Assembly (NCBI GenBank): GCA_002633005.1
Contig: NMRA01000480.1
Location: 62,001-126,000, forward strand
Source: Phoronis australis
Lineage: Eukaryota; Animalia; Phoronida
DNA length: 64,000 nt
Direction: 5' to 3'
The translations under genes and the position numbers were made by a program. Below are positions 11,719 through 25,905 of this stretch, in pieces. The first letter of the stretch is position 1; every line of letters starts with the position of its first letter. The notes below the pieces were generated by a model. That model was not told where the DNA came from. It saw only the letters and a list, made by a program, of their open reading frames with translations, and made no database searches.

Positions 11719-14700
11719 CGAATGACAAGACTCCACTGTCCGCCCATCAGTCCTATCATTGTTTTCCTTTGTTGTGTCTTTGTTGGATAGAACAACACAG
11801 GTCTCATGGATATAGAACCTTGCTTACATCAGACCATTGCCGATAAATGCTCGTCATTATCTTTATTATAACAAGGGGAACAATACAGATGCTAATCTAT
11901 TGTTCTCTATGGATCAGGTTTCTCCGTGGATGACCACAGACGAGTAATTCCAAAGTATCCACAAACAATGACCATGCACCTCAGTAACTATTACCACGCA
12001 CACGAATCCTACCCCTAGAACCTGAACACCAAATTTTTTAATCCGTGTATTGTGTTGTATTGCTCATGGTACGGGTTCAGACTCCGTTGTATTAAGATTC
12101 CAATCCCCAACCTTGTAATATGTAGTTTAAGTAAAATATCTAGACATTGCAGGTTTATGGATTTATGCTCCTTTAAATGAAGAGTAAGAATGAAATTCTG
12201 CACTGGTTTTTTAAAAGTAATCACTTATTGGAAGATCACACATCTAAAAAATAAAACAATGTTTGACAATTTTATTCCGTAGCTTATTTGAAAGTTGCCT
12301 ACCTCACAGACAACTCATGGGAACCATAAAATGGTCAATTTGCCAAAAACCAAGGAGCCACCAGAGCTAATGTGCCAATACTTTTCAGTACTGCAATAAA
12401 AAATCATTTGAAGTGGACATAAACTCGCCTAAAATCACATAAAACAACTTTTGATTTAGACATTTTACCATCATAAAATAGGTATTATTTCCAGGTCACT
12501 TTTGAGCAATTTCAGAATTTCAAAAGATCTGGCAAAATGCAATTGCAAGAGACCAGTCTAATAGTGTGTGATTTTGTACACACAGCATGGTTTCGAGGAA
12601 TAGCAAACTGTCAATTTGCTGCAGTTCCAGAAATCACTTCCCGTCTGGATAAGGAACAAATTGAGCAAAGTTTATAGAGGTAAATGGTCTAAATCAAAAC
12701 TTTACCTCCTGGACAGAATGTGGGTTTACAACCCAGGCAGAAAGATAAGTGAATAAAACCAGCCTAACTGCTACAGGGGCTCAAATTTCAGTAATATATA
12801 CCCATTTACAAACAAAAATCTATAGTGGTAAATAAAATGCAGAAACATAAATTCAGATCAATTACGCAATTTCAAGGAAAAGAAAGAGTACAGTGGTCAG
12901 AAATCATCTAAATGTGATGGCCACACTGAGAAATCCTGTCAGACCAAAAATGCAGTGGCTAAACAAAAAGAACAATGTACCATTACCATGTGGCAGTACC
13001 AACTTAACTCACTGGCCCAGGATCATGATCGGTGTCTGGACAAAACTTCAATCCAGGTAATTTTAGATTTGTGCTGTTCACACAGCAGTTCCGGTGCAAA
13101 CAACGCTTGCAACAACACACTAGCCTACTTCCCTACACAACTGTGCTGACATAATAATGCCACCACTGGATTTAGCAGATCAGCCAGAGCATTTACAAGT
13201 CCAGCCACTGCACTGTTTCCTCCCTTTGAATTTTTACAATGCTACATCCTTGACAATCTTAAAGTTGAGATTGTCTCTTTCCAATGCATACTCCACTTCC
13301 TCTGTCATATCTTCTATATCCAACTGTCACAGTTTCCCCACATTTGCTGAGAGTTGCCTATCTCAACAAATTGCTTTGGACCTGTTGTGGTATAAGCCAG
13401 TAATCTTTGGCAAATACTTTTTTCCCCCAACTCGTTCCTCAAGTTACAAATCTTCTGGGAGTAGACTTTTCGGCCCCTCTCTAACCCCCTCACTTAGTTG
13501 TCCAGAAGGATACCTTTTTGCTTTTTTTCCATACCCAACCTTTACTAATAATCGGCAGGTCTCCAACTTCAGCAGAAGCCACTTCTTCAGCATAAGCCTT
13601 TCCTGGTTCCTAAAATTGTATTAATGAAAAAAATTAAACTTTTTAAAATTTAATGTGGCCATGCATTTCGGCCCAGAAAATATGAATGCCAAGCTAAAAT
13701 GAAGGCTTCGCAAATAAGTTATCCAGATTTGATTCTAAAAATTTACAAAATGAATTTCTATGTACGTGACAGTACGACAAAGGTATAAAACAGAAGTATG
13801 GCACATTACATGTAGAAAATATTGAGACCGATTTGAATTATCTGCACTACCTATGCATCAGGGTTCATTGTGAAATGAATGAGTTGTGCATTATGATTCC
13901 GCTTCATAACATTGAAACATAAAACAATTGACCAATGAATTTTTTTGAGAAATAATTTAGACGGCTTTAGCATGTTTAATTAACTTCACATTGAATCGCA
14001 GAAATTCATTGGCAAACATAACATACTTCCTAGTCTCTAAATGTAGGTCATGGGCAGAAGTCATGTACGTAACACGTGGTGGTTATTATGAAAAGTTAAT
14101 ATGACTACCGTACCTATTTTCTACGCCAATGTATACATGCACTGCATATACATCAACACATTTGAAATAAGATATGATTAAGCAATAAGGCCCAAGTTAT
14201 AAGCAATCACGGTGTGTCAGTAAAAGTATTTTTGCACGAATGATGGGCTCCTAAAAAGATTCCTCAGGGTCAGACCCTGGAGTTTGGTGATTCCTACTTC
14301 AGCTCACACGTCTTTTGTCATTTTTCAGACCTCTATCAGATTTCTCCTCTAGTGTGCTGTGGATGTACTCGGTGTCTTTGCCGACGCCAATATATGTCGA
14401 GGGTTGTAACAATGATTGGGGCAAGTGAATCTACTACGGTAGATTATGTAGCTCCTGCTGCGCACCTGCCTCCGAGGCAGACACTGAGACAGACTACTTC
14501 TCAGGAGGACACGTTCCACCTCCACATCAGCTCCCCTCACTTTTAAGGTTCTCAAATGTCTCGCTCTATTCCTTGTGCATTTCCCAAGAGTTTCCAAAGT
14601 TGTTTCTCTCCGCAATTTGTAAAAATACCACATTCGATGTGACTGGAAGTGCCAGATAAATAGATACATTCGCAAACCAGCACTTTAGATCAGCCATCAT

Positions 14701-16419
14701 TCAACTAACACATTGTATGCTTTAGTTTGGTATTCAATGGTATTCAATGAGTGGGATGAACAAATCTAGTATAATTTCGTATTTTAGTGGGAAGTGCTTG
14801 TGTCCTTAAAATTAATTAAAACATTTAAGCAAACCAATTCTTTTAATTGTTGTATTATACCACGACATTTAAATGCGTAGAAACGGCGCACAACTAGTGA
14901 CTGGTTTAACACGACAAATACAAATACGCGGTCTCAAAGTAGTGAAATTCAGATACCTATTACCAAGCCTGCCTGAGGGGGTGACAGTTTTTTTTGTATT
15001 AATTTCAAAGGCATGGAGTCTTCTTCATGTCCATGTTATAATTTTTAGCTTTCTCGTGGAGGCTGCTTTGCTATAAGGGTACAACTTGCTGCTGGTTTTT
15101 CACAAGCATGAAGTGTACCTCCACGGAAACAGTTCCAGTGTTACCATGGTAACCGATATTTCAGTGTTAATGCTGTTTTTACTTACATTGGTCATGAACC
15201 TATCATGTGATATCAAAATTGTTCAGAAAAGATTCTGTTTGAAGCAGAAACTGGAGTAAAAAATATGAAAGAAATTGCATCATTTTGCCCCAAGAAGACT
15301 TCCCTTGTATCTCCTAAACCACCAAACTTTGTGGTGTCACACTTCACTCAATTTCTCTCATCCCTATTGTGATTTATCAGACTAAACATGGATCTGAATG
15401 ACTGAACCCCCACCTTGCCGCTTGTTAGCTGTACAGTGGTCGGTGGATTCGTGGACTGATACTTAACCAACAAAAATGAATTTTCAACAATGTTAAACAA
15501 TAAATATTTGTGTAATTCACATAGCTTTGTTCCAGGGTGAAGGGGCAAAGGCTAACTGACATTGACATATCATTTGCAAAACCTGAGTGTCATTGTAAGG
15601 CAACTTCTAAACATAGTTATGATTATGCCAAATTGGTTCGATACACTCCACTTGTTGCTGTTAACGATTTTCACTCCAATCCGTTCATATCCTCGGAACA
15701 AAGTTCCATACTCAACAGATCATTGGTAAAGAAACTGACCAAGAGACATGATTAAAAGACAAACGGTAATTCGAAACATACTTGTTTCATTCTCAAGTGG
15801 AAATAAAATGATGCAATAGTACCACCACAGAGTAAAAGCTAGAAAATACACAATGGGACACAGCAGTTGTGAAATACTGCAAAGACTGAAAAATGGAGGG
15901 GGTAACAAGAATGTCGTGCAAACAAGTGCAGCATGACCCTGTTTGCTGCTCATTCAAAACAGGCTTCTTGAATGCAATCAAAGGGTATTCCAATACTTTC
16001 AATTGCAACACATCGTGCTCTCCATGTTAACTGAATTGACGTGTTCTCCACAGTTTCTTGACGAGTGATACTTATGATTATGAAGGTAGGCATGCTCATT
16101 AAGATCTAATGTCCATTTCTCTCTTTCAGTGTCTGAACATCCTCTAAATAAAAAGGATAGGTTGTAAATATCTCAAATACATAAAATATCTGTTAAGTAA
16201 TACGGAGTTTTATCTGGAACATGATTTTGTGAAAGTGAACTCTTCCCGCACAACTCTTCTATGGCTTTTTAAACAAAAAACTGAGCTAGTTTTCAGTATC
16301 GCACTGAGTATTAATACTCACTTGCCACAATAGAATCAGTTCCAATATTGAGTAGTGGAGAGATAACTTTCGATTGAATTGAAGAAGTCAAAATTTTGGA
16401 AGGACCACTGAGGTAGCAC

Positions 16420-18020
16420 TGTTATTACTTGGCGAAATAAATTTCGCCAAGTATGTTGGTCTGACAGCAAGTTTTTTTGTTTTTGTTCGCTCTCTACAGG
16501 TCGCAATTTTCGTCTGATTTTCACGAAATTTGCACACAATGTGTAGATCGGGAAGTACTGGAACGCTATTGTTTTTGGTCATGATCGGATACAAAATGGC
16601 GGACGTGGCGGCCATTTTGTATCCGATTTCACAGTCAAATGCTGGTAGAGGCGGCATGTTGCGACGTACAGGGCGGAAAATCGGTACGATTATACTAGAA
16701 CACGTGCTACAATTGTGCGGAAAATTGTTAACGTCCGGTTAAAGATGGCGAAAATATGGGAAGTGGCGCATGCGCACCCCGAAATATTTCTAAAAACGTT
16801 TTCTTCTGTAGAGGGCATATTTGCGAACCGATCATTTTCAAACTTGTCACGTGTGTGCTGAGGTTAATAAGCTTTTATAAAAGTTTATTGAACCGGAAGT
16901 CACTTTCAAAATGGCAGCTGAGAAAATTATGGAATGTTGCGAAACTATCAATTTAGGTAGAGTTTAGAACCGGCTTTCAGAAGATGTTTTCCTTTTTTCG
17001 CTAAGACGTCTACTTTTTGAATAATTTGAGGTTTTCTGATAGCGCTGTTCCTTTGTTGAGCGCTCATACTGCATTGATGTTGGTTTAGTTTATTTGAACA
17101 AGACTGTAGCTTATTTCTTACTAATTTAGGACATCTAAGTTCGTCGTATGAATGTTATGATGTTGTTCATCATCGCCACCTTCATCATCACAATCATCAT
17201 CGTCATTAATTTTGCCTATTGTCACTTAAGACTTTAGGTAGCACTGAACAGTCAGGCCGCGGCCACGGAGCATTTTCTAGTCCCTAGAATTTATTTGACT
17301 TTGAATTTCAAAAAAACCCGCAAAATTTCAATTTTTTTCGAAAAATTTATGGAATGTTGCAAAACTGCCAAGTTAGATAGAGTTTTGAACGGGCTTTCAG
17401 AAGGTATTTTTAATTTTTTGCTTGAACGTCTACTTTTTGAATTATTCGAGATTTTCTGAAAACGCTGTTCCTTTGTTGACCAATTTTGCTGTTCGCCAAG
17501 TGTCGCTCAAGACTGTACGTTTTTACTGATTTCTCACATCTTTTCTAGTCACATGAGTGTTATAGTGTTGCTCATAATCGTCACCATCATCACAATCATC
17601 ATCGTTAATTTCGCGTAGTGTCGCTCAAGATTGTAGGTAGCACTGAACAGTCAGGCCGCGGCCACGGGGCATTTTCTAGTGCCTACAATTCATATACAGG
17701 GCCTATGTCAGGTTTGGCTGGTTGTTCGAGGAAACTGATTTACTTGTGTTTTTGAATGAGAAAAGCAAGTTTTTACCTACTTATGATGCAAACTGGTGGG
17801 TGTCATTTGCTATCAACCCCTGTCGTCTGCCGTCCGAGAAACCGGGTGCGTGAACAAGATTGCAGCCTATTTCTTACTGATTTCTTCGCTAGTCATATGA
17901 ATGTTATCGTGTTGTTCATAATCGCCGCCTTCATCGACATGATTGTCGTCGTCGTGGTTCTCCCCATCGTCGTCTTTTCGGTTAATTTCGCCAAGTGTCG
18001 CTCCTCCGAGCGCTCTCGTC
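16420..18020 (+). mobile_element. Helentron/HINE-like modular repeat, family A
   Basis: 5' gttattacttggcgaaataaatttcgccaagt hairpin; core palindrome atcggatacaaaatggcggacgtggcggccattttgtatccgat; (cat/cgt)n tract; repeated ends ggccgcggccacgg.gcattttctagt at about 17280 and 17680. Homologous to 27240, 34602 and 37435. Confidence 0.7.
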
Positions 18021-18294
18021 TTTAGGGTTTTGTTTCGCCAACAGGTATTCAATGTTCTCAAGGAAACTTGTATATTACATTTTTTATAAATTAAGTTTTT
18101 GTATTTTATACACAGTGAAGGGAATGCAGTTTTAAAGGCGAAGGCAACCTTTTTCCATGTCATTTTGAGCTAAAATAAGGTTGGTTGGTTATCCTAGACA
18201 CATTTTCTGCTTACAGCTTTTTGTAATTTTATAAATTACTGGTCCGCAACTCCGGAAGTGACGTTTTAGGAGGCAAGCGTTTCCCGCCACTTGG

Positions 18295-19186
18295 NNNNNN
18301 NNNNNNNNNNNNNNNNNNNNNNNNNNNNNNNNNNNNNNNNNNNNNNNNNNNNNNNNNNNNNNNNNNNNNNNNNNNNNNNNNNNNNNNNNNNNNNNNNNNN
18401 NNNNNNNNNNNNNNNNNNNNNNNNNNNNNNNNNNNNNNNNNNNNNNNNNNNNNNNNNNNNNNNNNNNNNNNNNNNNNNNNNNNNNNNNNNNNNNNNNNNN
18501 NNNNNNNNNNNNNNNNNNNNNNNNNNNNNNNNNNNNNNNNNNNNNNNNNNNNNNNNNNNNNNNNNNNNNNNNNNNNNNNNNNNNNNNNNNNNNNNNNNNN
18601 NNNNNNNNNNNNNNNNNNNNNNNNNNNNNNNNNNNNNNNNNNNNNNNNNNNNNNNNNNNNNNNNNNNNNNNNNNNNNNNNNNNNNNNNNNNNNNNNNNNN
18701 NNNNNNNNNNNNNNNNNNNNNNNNNNNNNNNNNNNNNNNNNNNNNNNNNNNNNNNNNNNNNNNNNNNNNNNNNNNNNNNNNNNNNNNNNNNNNNNNNNNN
18801 NNNNNNNNNNNNNNNNNNNNNNNNNNNNNNNNNNNNNNNNNNNNNNNNNNNNNNNNNNNNNNNNNNNNNNNNNNNNNNNNNNNNNNNNNNNNNNNNNNNN
18901 NNNNNNNNNNNNNNNNNNNNNNNNNNNNNNNNNNNNNNNNNNNNNNNNNNNNNNNNNNNNNNNNNNNNNNNNNNNNNNNNNNNNNNNNNNNNNNNNNNNN
19001 NNNNNNNNNNNNNNNNNNNNNNNNNNNNNNNNNNNNNNNNNNNNNNNNNNNNNNNNNNNNNNNNNNNNNNNNNNNNNNNNNNNNNNNNNNNNNNNNNNNN
19101 NNNNNNNNNNNNNNNNNNNNNNNNNNNNNNNNNNNNNNNNNNNNNNNNNNNNNNNNNNNNNNNNNNNNNNNNNNNNNNNNNNNNNN
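18295..19186. other. Assembly gap (892 N)
   Basis: Run of N. Confidence 1.
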
Positions 19187-19622
19187 CTCGAGAGCATGTT
19201 CGCTTAGATTTCCAAGATGGCGTCCTGCGAAGGCTTCACGTCTGCAACATATGAACCCATTATGGTTCTGCAACACGAAAACTAACCTCAAAAGTTGACC
19301 GACTCATCCGAAACTGCGACTTAAATTGCGGGTCGCTGTAGCGAGGTACAGTTTCCTCGACATAATTTTCGATTCTTGTCGGGCCAAAGCCTTCACGGTT
19401 GTTGTCTTGGGGCTGCCGATATTAATAATTATTGGCAAAGATTAATCATATTTATCGCTCAGTACTGTTAGTGTTAAGCTCATCGGCTAAGACGTTCAAC
19501 ACAATCTGCTTCAAAGTCGCCATACTGGATCGCACAGTGAGCGCTCACAGCTGTTCAGGAGCTGTTCCTTGTGTTCGCGAGTACACGCTAGCGGGCGCTC
19601 ACTCTGTTGAACACGCTTCAGA

Positions 19623-20510
19623 TGTTAGTTATATATACCATATCTTGGAGACATGTGAGAGGTCACTACTTGTATAGTGGCGTGGTTATGGAATAGAACA
19701 TATCTTATGGTACCTTAAATGGTGTGGTTAAATCCGGTTGAATCTGCAGATAAATGTGCGATATAACATTAGTGGTGAAAAGGAGAACACTTTAGAAGCT
19801 TTTCGTGGGTGAATTTCTACGATATATTCTCATGATGGCTGTTGCCGTGGATTTGAATGAACTGCCACATTTCGATTGTCATGGAGATGCGGCCAATGTC
19901 GGTGCACAGTGGAAAAGGTGGATAAAATCGTTGGAATACTTTGCCGTGGGAAAAGAAACAACGGACAATACCCAAAAACAACCGTTGCTGTTACATGTGG
20001 CGGGTATGCAAGTACAAGACTTGTTTGACACTTTGGCCAATATGGCGTGCCCAGATAGCGAGACTGACAACATATACAAAATGGCGGTAAGGAAGCTTAA
20101 TGCGTATTTTACTCCAAAGTTAAATGTACCCAATGAGCGCCATAAATTTCGCAGTTCAAACAAACGGAGGAGGAAACGGTGGACCAATTTGTTGCAAGAT
20201 TGAAAACTCTGGTGGCAGAGTGTGACTTTGGCACGGCCAAGGCAATGGAAGAACAAATTAGTGATCAAGTAATTGATCAATGTAGAACGTCCCGGCTGAG
20301 ACGTAAATTACTCCAAGAAGGGGCGGGGCTAACGTTGACCAAAGTGCAGGACATCTCACGAGCGTTAGAAGCTGTCGATCAGCAAGTGAAAGCAATGGAA
20401 AATCCCAAGGGTACTGGTCAAGTCAACAGAGACAGCGGGACAAACAAAAGCAGGTTCCCACCAAAACAAGAAGAGCAACCTCAAATAAATCTAGGAAGGG
20501 CCGTAGCCTA
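19623..20510 (+). mobile_element. Truncated Ty3/Gypsy LTR retrotransposon: short LTR remnant, PBS-like site and gag
   Basis: A putative LTR ends ...ATAACA at 19768 and is followed by tggtgaaaagga (PBS-like), then gag. No pol follows. The LTR start is uncertain. Confidence 0.75.
19832..20508 (+). pseudogene. Frameshifted Gypsy-type gag
   Basis: LPHFDCHGD..VGAQWKRW..LLLHVAG..VQDLFDTL..KLNAYFTPKLNVPNERHKFR, a frameshift near 20155, then ETVDQFVARLKTLVAECDFG..ISDQVIDQC..LRRKLLQEG..LTL. This is a typical retrotransposon gag pattern. Confidence 0.85.
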
Positions 20511-20969
20511 AAGGGACGTATGTCCAAACCATGAAAGGCCATATTTATGGGTGTGGTAACTAGGAGTCAGACTGGATGTCCTGCCCTGGCCAATCCCATG
20601 GCATGGTATTCACTATAAAAGTTTTATTATTCTACACTGACAAATCAGACAGAACAACTAAAGGGCTCCTCATGCACTGGCCTGGGAAGCACCAGTGAAA
20701 GGCTGAATGGCCAGTGTGTCACTAAGTTGGACATAGGGCTAAGCAGGCTAAAACAGTAGCACAGCTGCAGTGAAATCCAAATGTATTAAACAGAACTAGT
20801 CAAAAGTTCTCTAAATTACATAAAGTGGCCCAAATTGGTAAAATATTTCTATTAAAATAGCTCAGAATATTTTTAAAATTCAATTTAACTTCAGTTTTGG
20901 TAATAGATTCAATATTTTCTATTTTATAAGAAACAATAAATCTACTACTGGACTTACGGTATGTAGAGG

Positions 20970-21010
20970 TGGCTACGTTGCGTCCTCCTCTCGAGGACTT
21001 CATCAGGCCA
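20970..21010 (-). ncRNA. Minimal type I hammerhead-ribozyme-like motif, core-mutated (Penelope-like element relic)
   Basis: The minus strand reads TGGC CTGATGA A GTCCTC gagag GAGGAC GCAA CG TA GCCA. Stems I and II are perfect, the GUA site is present, and the GAAA box is changed to GCAA. Confidence 0.65.
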
Positions 21011-24000
21011 CTGAGTTGTCACGTGGATGACTGAAAACATTCATCGTATTTTCTATTTTCTTCAAAAATATTTTTGTTACACTTTTTGTACCTCGTGGTG
21101 GTGCTGTGATCAGTTTCATTTTTAAAAAAATTACATTTTGCATTAAAATAATTGTTTATTCAACGCTGCAGTGCATCAGAACATTTTAGAATACGAGTAT
21201 CCTATTTTTGGATGGTCAGCAACAGAACAATTTCTATATTATTTGACAGGAATGAAATTAATTTAAATTTCATTGAAATTTTAGAGTCCAATTTAATTTT
21301 GTTGAATTAAAAATGCACATAACCATTTTTTATCATATGGTGTGTAACTTGAGATTGTGAAGACATTGATCTTACTTGGGGAATCAAGAATAATTCATAT
21401 AACCTCAAAGATTTTTGAATAAATGATGAAATACTCAAAACATTGACTTGTCGACTTCAATATGAATGACCCTTCCGTGTGAATAGAGTCAATGTAATAA
21501 AAGTTGTAACTTTCTCATTGTTATATATAGCTGTGGGAGAGATGTGCTCAAGAACCGCTGTTGTTGAGGAGCCTGATTAGCACTCAGAAAGTGGCTGATC
21601 ATTGGTTTTGGAAAGAAACATTTTGTAATCTTAGTGACTAAAGTGCCATCTACACTCAGACTTACTTTAGAACAAGTTGCTCCTGGAGCAAATTGCCGCT
21701 GGGTTGTGAAGCTGTGTGAAAGCTATTTAAACTAGTGCAACATGCCCCACTGGTGATAACTCAGTCCACCTTATCAAGATAGGACAACTTGTTTTCGGGT
21801 TCCTGTGTGGCTCCAAACCTGAGGTAAGGCGGAAGTAATTATCAGCTGTATTACATACTTACTGGTTTTCTTTTGCACCCTGTACTCGCAATAGCTGTTC
21901 ATTGTCATATACAGAGTGACAACTTCCCCCTTACCCTAGTTATCAAATGCGTGTTAGTGGGCACTTCACTTAAAATTGGGGTAAGTTGCACTAATGGAAA
22001 TTGGTCTGTGTGTTCGTGGACTGGACTAAAGAGGAGGGTTATATTTTCTTCATGTAAATGATTCCTAATCATTTTTAGGCAGTAATGGTTCCGGTGTAGT
22101 GTCTTGACATGTGTTGGCAGTGCTGGATGTTAGTCATGAGACTTATGGAATATTTAAATTTTCGCCAACAAATATTGTAGGCAGGCAGTTTTAATTTTAG
22201 CAGAGCTTCAAAAATTAGTCTAAGCACCTGTCAGAATCAAATATGGTTTTTGTTGGTCTAATTTATGTTTCCATTCATCATCCTTACCAAAGAATTCATG
22301 AATGATTAATTGCTTTTTGATACGAAACTTGCAGAAAATGAAAGGACTTTATCAAAATACAGGGCATCCAGTACTTCAAAAATAGCACATAGGATTTGAG
22401 GGAGATCAATAATATTTGTGATTCATGTACGCTATTTGCCAATTAACCATGTTAGCGAAGATAAAACTTTGTTTACGACCTAGGACAAACAATATTGGCT
22501 TGTAGGATAGATTTTAAGCAGTTAAAACTAATTGACAATGCATTTGTCAAGCTGAAGTCGCTGAACTTCTTTCAATCCATGGGGTTTGTCATATGTAATC
22601 AGGAAAGCATAAGTCTTTGCATTCAAGAACCAAACTTAAGGGCACCTCAAACCATGAACCAAAACCATGGTTTTCAAAGAAAACACTGTGTGGGGGCTTT
22701 AATAAGTAATCAGTTTGTACTGGTATGTTGTGTATTTTTAGTCTCTGTCTGCTAGTCATTAGTGGTCATATTCAATTTGCCAGGGTCTGTGCAATAATTA
22801 GTGAGCTGAAGATTTTAGGGTGAAAAACTGATCAATGCTTGGCATACTTCAGTGAATGTTCAATTGACAGGCAATGTGTTTAGTTGATTTTTTAGTGAAT
22901 CAATAAATGATGTCTTTGATTTCAATAGACACTTACCACAGCCCCTGGACTTACATGACAGCCTTTTTGTTTGGTTATTAAGGAACAAAGATGTGTCTCA
23001 GTGATAACAAATTGTGTTCATGGCAACATAGTTTTCCCATTTTAAGGTCTTTTCCCACTGGCTCTGAAACTTCATTGATTATACCAAACCTTTAGTCATT
23101 GGGAACAATTAACTTTTATCTTGAATTGAAGTTAACAGCGCGACTTAACTCCAGTGTAAACAGGTGTATTTAACTGTAAAGTTTCGACGCTTCGCCACAA
23201 TGATTACACTTAAAGTCCTTCAAGCAATTCACTGTTATCCTCTCGTTTGTTTGTTTTTGTTTTAGTCCACCCGCCTTTTTGTTATCAAAAGTTCCACAAC
23301 GTCAATACAATTTGTAATGCCTTTGCAGTATTCCTAAGTGCAAATCTTGGAAGTCAGCAATGAATAAACCACTGTGTTACTGGCTTTATATGTCGGCAAC
23401 AAAGGTAATTGACCGGGCACCGAGGCCGTGTGAGTGCATGCTAATTCAGTGTTTGCTGACAGAAAGCTGTTGTGAAACGATTACTCCATTTTATAAGCTA
23501 TGATCACATGTTAGGGGAATCTTAACTAAGAAATACAAATACTTTATTCAAATCATTGTTACTGTACAACCTTTGCCCTGACGGTCTGTGGAAGGTAAAC
23601 CCGACTTCGCGGCCCCTGACAAGTAAGTAAATTTTCAGTTTCGTGCACGTTATTTCTTTGGCTCACTATTATAGTCTTTTCGTGACTGGAGGTTTAGTTT
23701 CCAACTCAAGCTGGTTTATGTTCATGCCAGTCCTGGCTGCCGCAACGGGCCTGATCGGGTTCCGAGCCACTGGCCGGGATAACAAGCGTTTTGTGTGTTT
23801 AGGACTAAAAAAATAACAAGACCCTAATTTCCTGCTACGGACCTTGGTAATTTGGCCTGCCGGCAAACTTTGAAGGCTACGATGTGTCCAAACACTAATA
23901 AATCCGGAACAGTGAAACAAAACAACACGTTTTTATAAGGGTTTTACATCGAAGTTTGACGATTTATTGGTGTTAAACGATGAATTCAAGTGAACTGCTG

Positions 24001-25535
24001 AACAGATTGCGTGTGAAACCTATGACCTCATTGGATAATTTCAACACCTCCATCTGCTGTCAGGTGTCCGGTAAAGCAACCCAACGTGCCGTTATCGAGT
24101 AGAACTACTCGATCTAAATTGATACAAAATGGGTTGTTTTTTGGGTGGCATTCTCCTTTAAGTGTATTGTATAGGGGTTCACTTGCCAACTTAACTCTGA
24201 TAGAGTGGAGCATTCGTATAAAGTGAAGTTAATTGAACTGTACATACTAGCTTTGGTAGTTAACTTTGATAGGACCGAAAATGACTGTTTGCACCGCAGT
24301 GCAGCCTTCACGTTTCGTTGTTACATCTACTTGTTTACTGCGAAGTTAACTGGCACTATTAACTGTGATCCACGACTGAAGTTAACCATTTGAACTGATC
24401 ACAACTCGCGTTAAAGCAGCGATGTTATTATGAGAGGCCTTTAAGTGCTGTCCTCACACAGACTTTCCCTGGAACACATTACTCCTGGAACCTATTGTTG
24501 CTAGGTTTGAGTGATACCGTATTCGCCCTAATGAGCGCCCAGGGCGCTTAGAAAAATTCGCTTCAGGAAGGTGGGCACTTATTATAGCCCAAAAGTGATT
24601 GAAACCCGGTCTCCGAAACAGGTGAAATCATAAGCTACAATTCATCAAATTTACGCTTTGTGACACTTCTGTAACCTATGACAGAGTTTCTACATGATTG
24701 CAGTGCTATCAAACGTTAAATTATGAGCATTTTTCAGAAAATCCCAGTGCGAAAACTCGCCCACTGATGCGTCGCTGCCTCGCGATCGCCGAGAGGTTAA
24801 CTTGAATTCTTGAGTAAAAATATAGTTTCGATTTGACAAATTACCTGAAGTCCCTAAGTTTTCAAAATAGTCTCCCTAAGATTTTTAAGTTTCTGTGTAG
24901 TCGGTATTAACAGCATATTAAGTCCAAATCTGCGCTAGATCGTACTCCGCAACACAAGAGAAATCTCTGGATGAACACACGTTGTTGTCACGTGATGTTT
25001 GTTTTGAAGTTCGTCTGCATATTGTGTGAGAGAGTGAGTGCATGCTTGTCATCAGAGTTCATTTGCCAGAGTAAACGCATTTAACGATCTAGGTGTGCAT
25101 TGTAATTAAGGAAATTAACACAAGCAGTAAAGCACAACGTGTTTTATTTAGCACTTGTTGATCTCATCTACTAAAAAAGGTTAGAGAATTGTCTCAGTAA
25201 GGCCGATGTCTTTGAGTCGCCGGGTGCGTGACAGTCTTAACAGTTATTTTTCGGGAGATTTGGGGATGTAAGGGTGCTGAAGTGTTCACTATCAGTGGGT
25301 CATTTTGACTTTAAAACACCAATTATGACTAATTTAATAATTTCCCCTTAGACGTTTTTTTGCGGTATTAGAAATGTTCCGAAATAAGTGCCAGTATTTA
25401 TTTCTTGCCGATACTATGCTACCCGTTTCATAAATTGATAGTTCCCAAAGACTAATCTTCGATGACAGATTCTTGAATCTAACGCGCGCTTCCTAGCCAC
25501 GTGCTTTTAACTAAACAAAGGTCAAGTTTTTATTA

Positions 25536-25905
25536 GTCTTCAATTCGCGGTTTTCACGTATACAGAAATTTGGATTCCTGTTGTGGGAGAAGATCTTTAC
25601 GGGAAAGATACAATACAATCCCTTTGACAAGTTCGTTGCGTCTGTTCCGAAAGCCCAGACCATAATAGGACACGTCCCTCGCAAGATCAGCAAAACTTGT
25701 GTTCTTTTTGAAGTTTGAAGTGTATAGTCACGGCTGAATGCGGAAGTTTGAAGTGTATAGTCACGGCTGAATGTGGAAGTTTGAAGTGTAAAGTCACGGC
25801 TGAATGCGGCCTTAGCTACGACCCGGCTTGTGGTCTACAAATCCCGCGCACAGTGATTTTTTCAGGACTGTCAGATCTAATTAATAAATTGAAGATGTTA
25901 CTGTA
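25536..25905 (+). pseudogene. Degraded HIRAN-like domain inside TIR element
   Basis: Across frameshifts: SSIRGFHVY.EIWIPVVGEDL..NPFDKFVASV.KAQTIIGHVPRKISKTC..LKCIVT..GLQIPRTVIFSGLSDLINKLKMLL. The pattern was recognised by eye. Confidence 0.65.
25709..25809. repeat. 33-bp tandem repeat x3 inside the HIRAN remnant
   Basis: Unit gaagtttgaagtgtatagtcacggctgaatgcg. It is single-copy in the paralogous element near 31210-31240. Confidence 0.9.

Noticed and set aside
18229-19298. Three ORFs of more than 300 aa
   Set aside because: They consist of X residues from the N gap.
21531-21822. Possible extra exon (AG...GAG|GTAAGG) in the first intron
   Set aside because: There is no convincing reading frame or homology. 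Splice-like motifs alone are insufficient.
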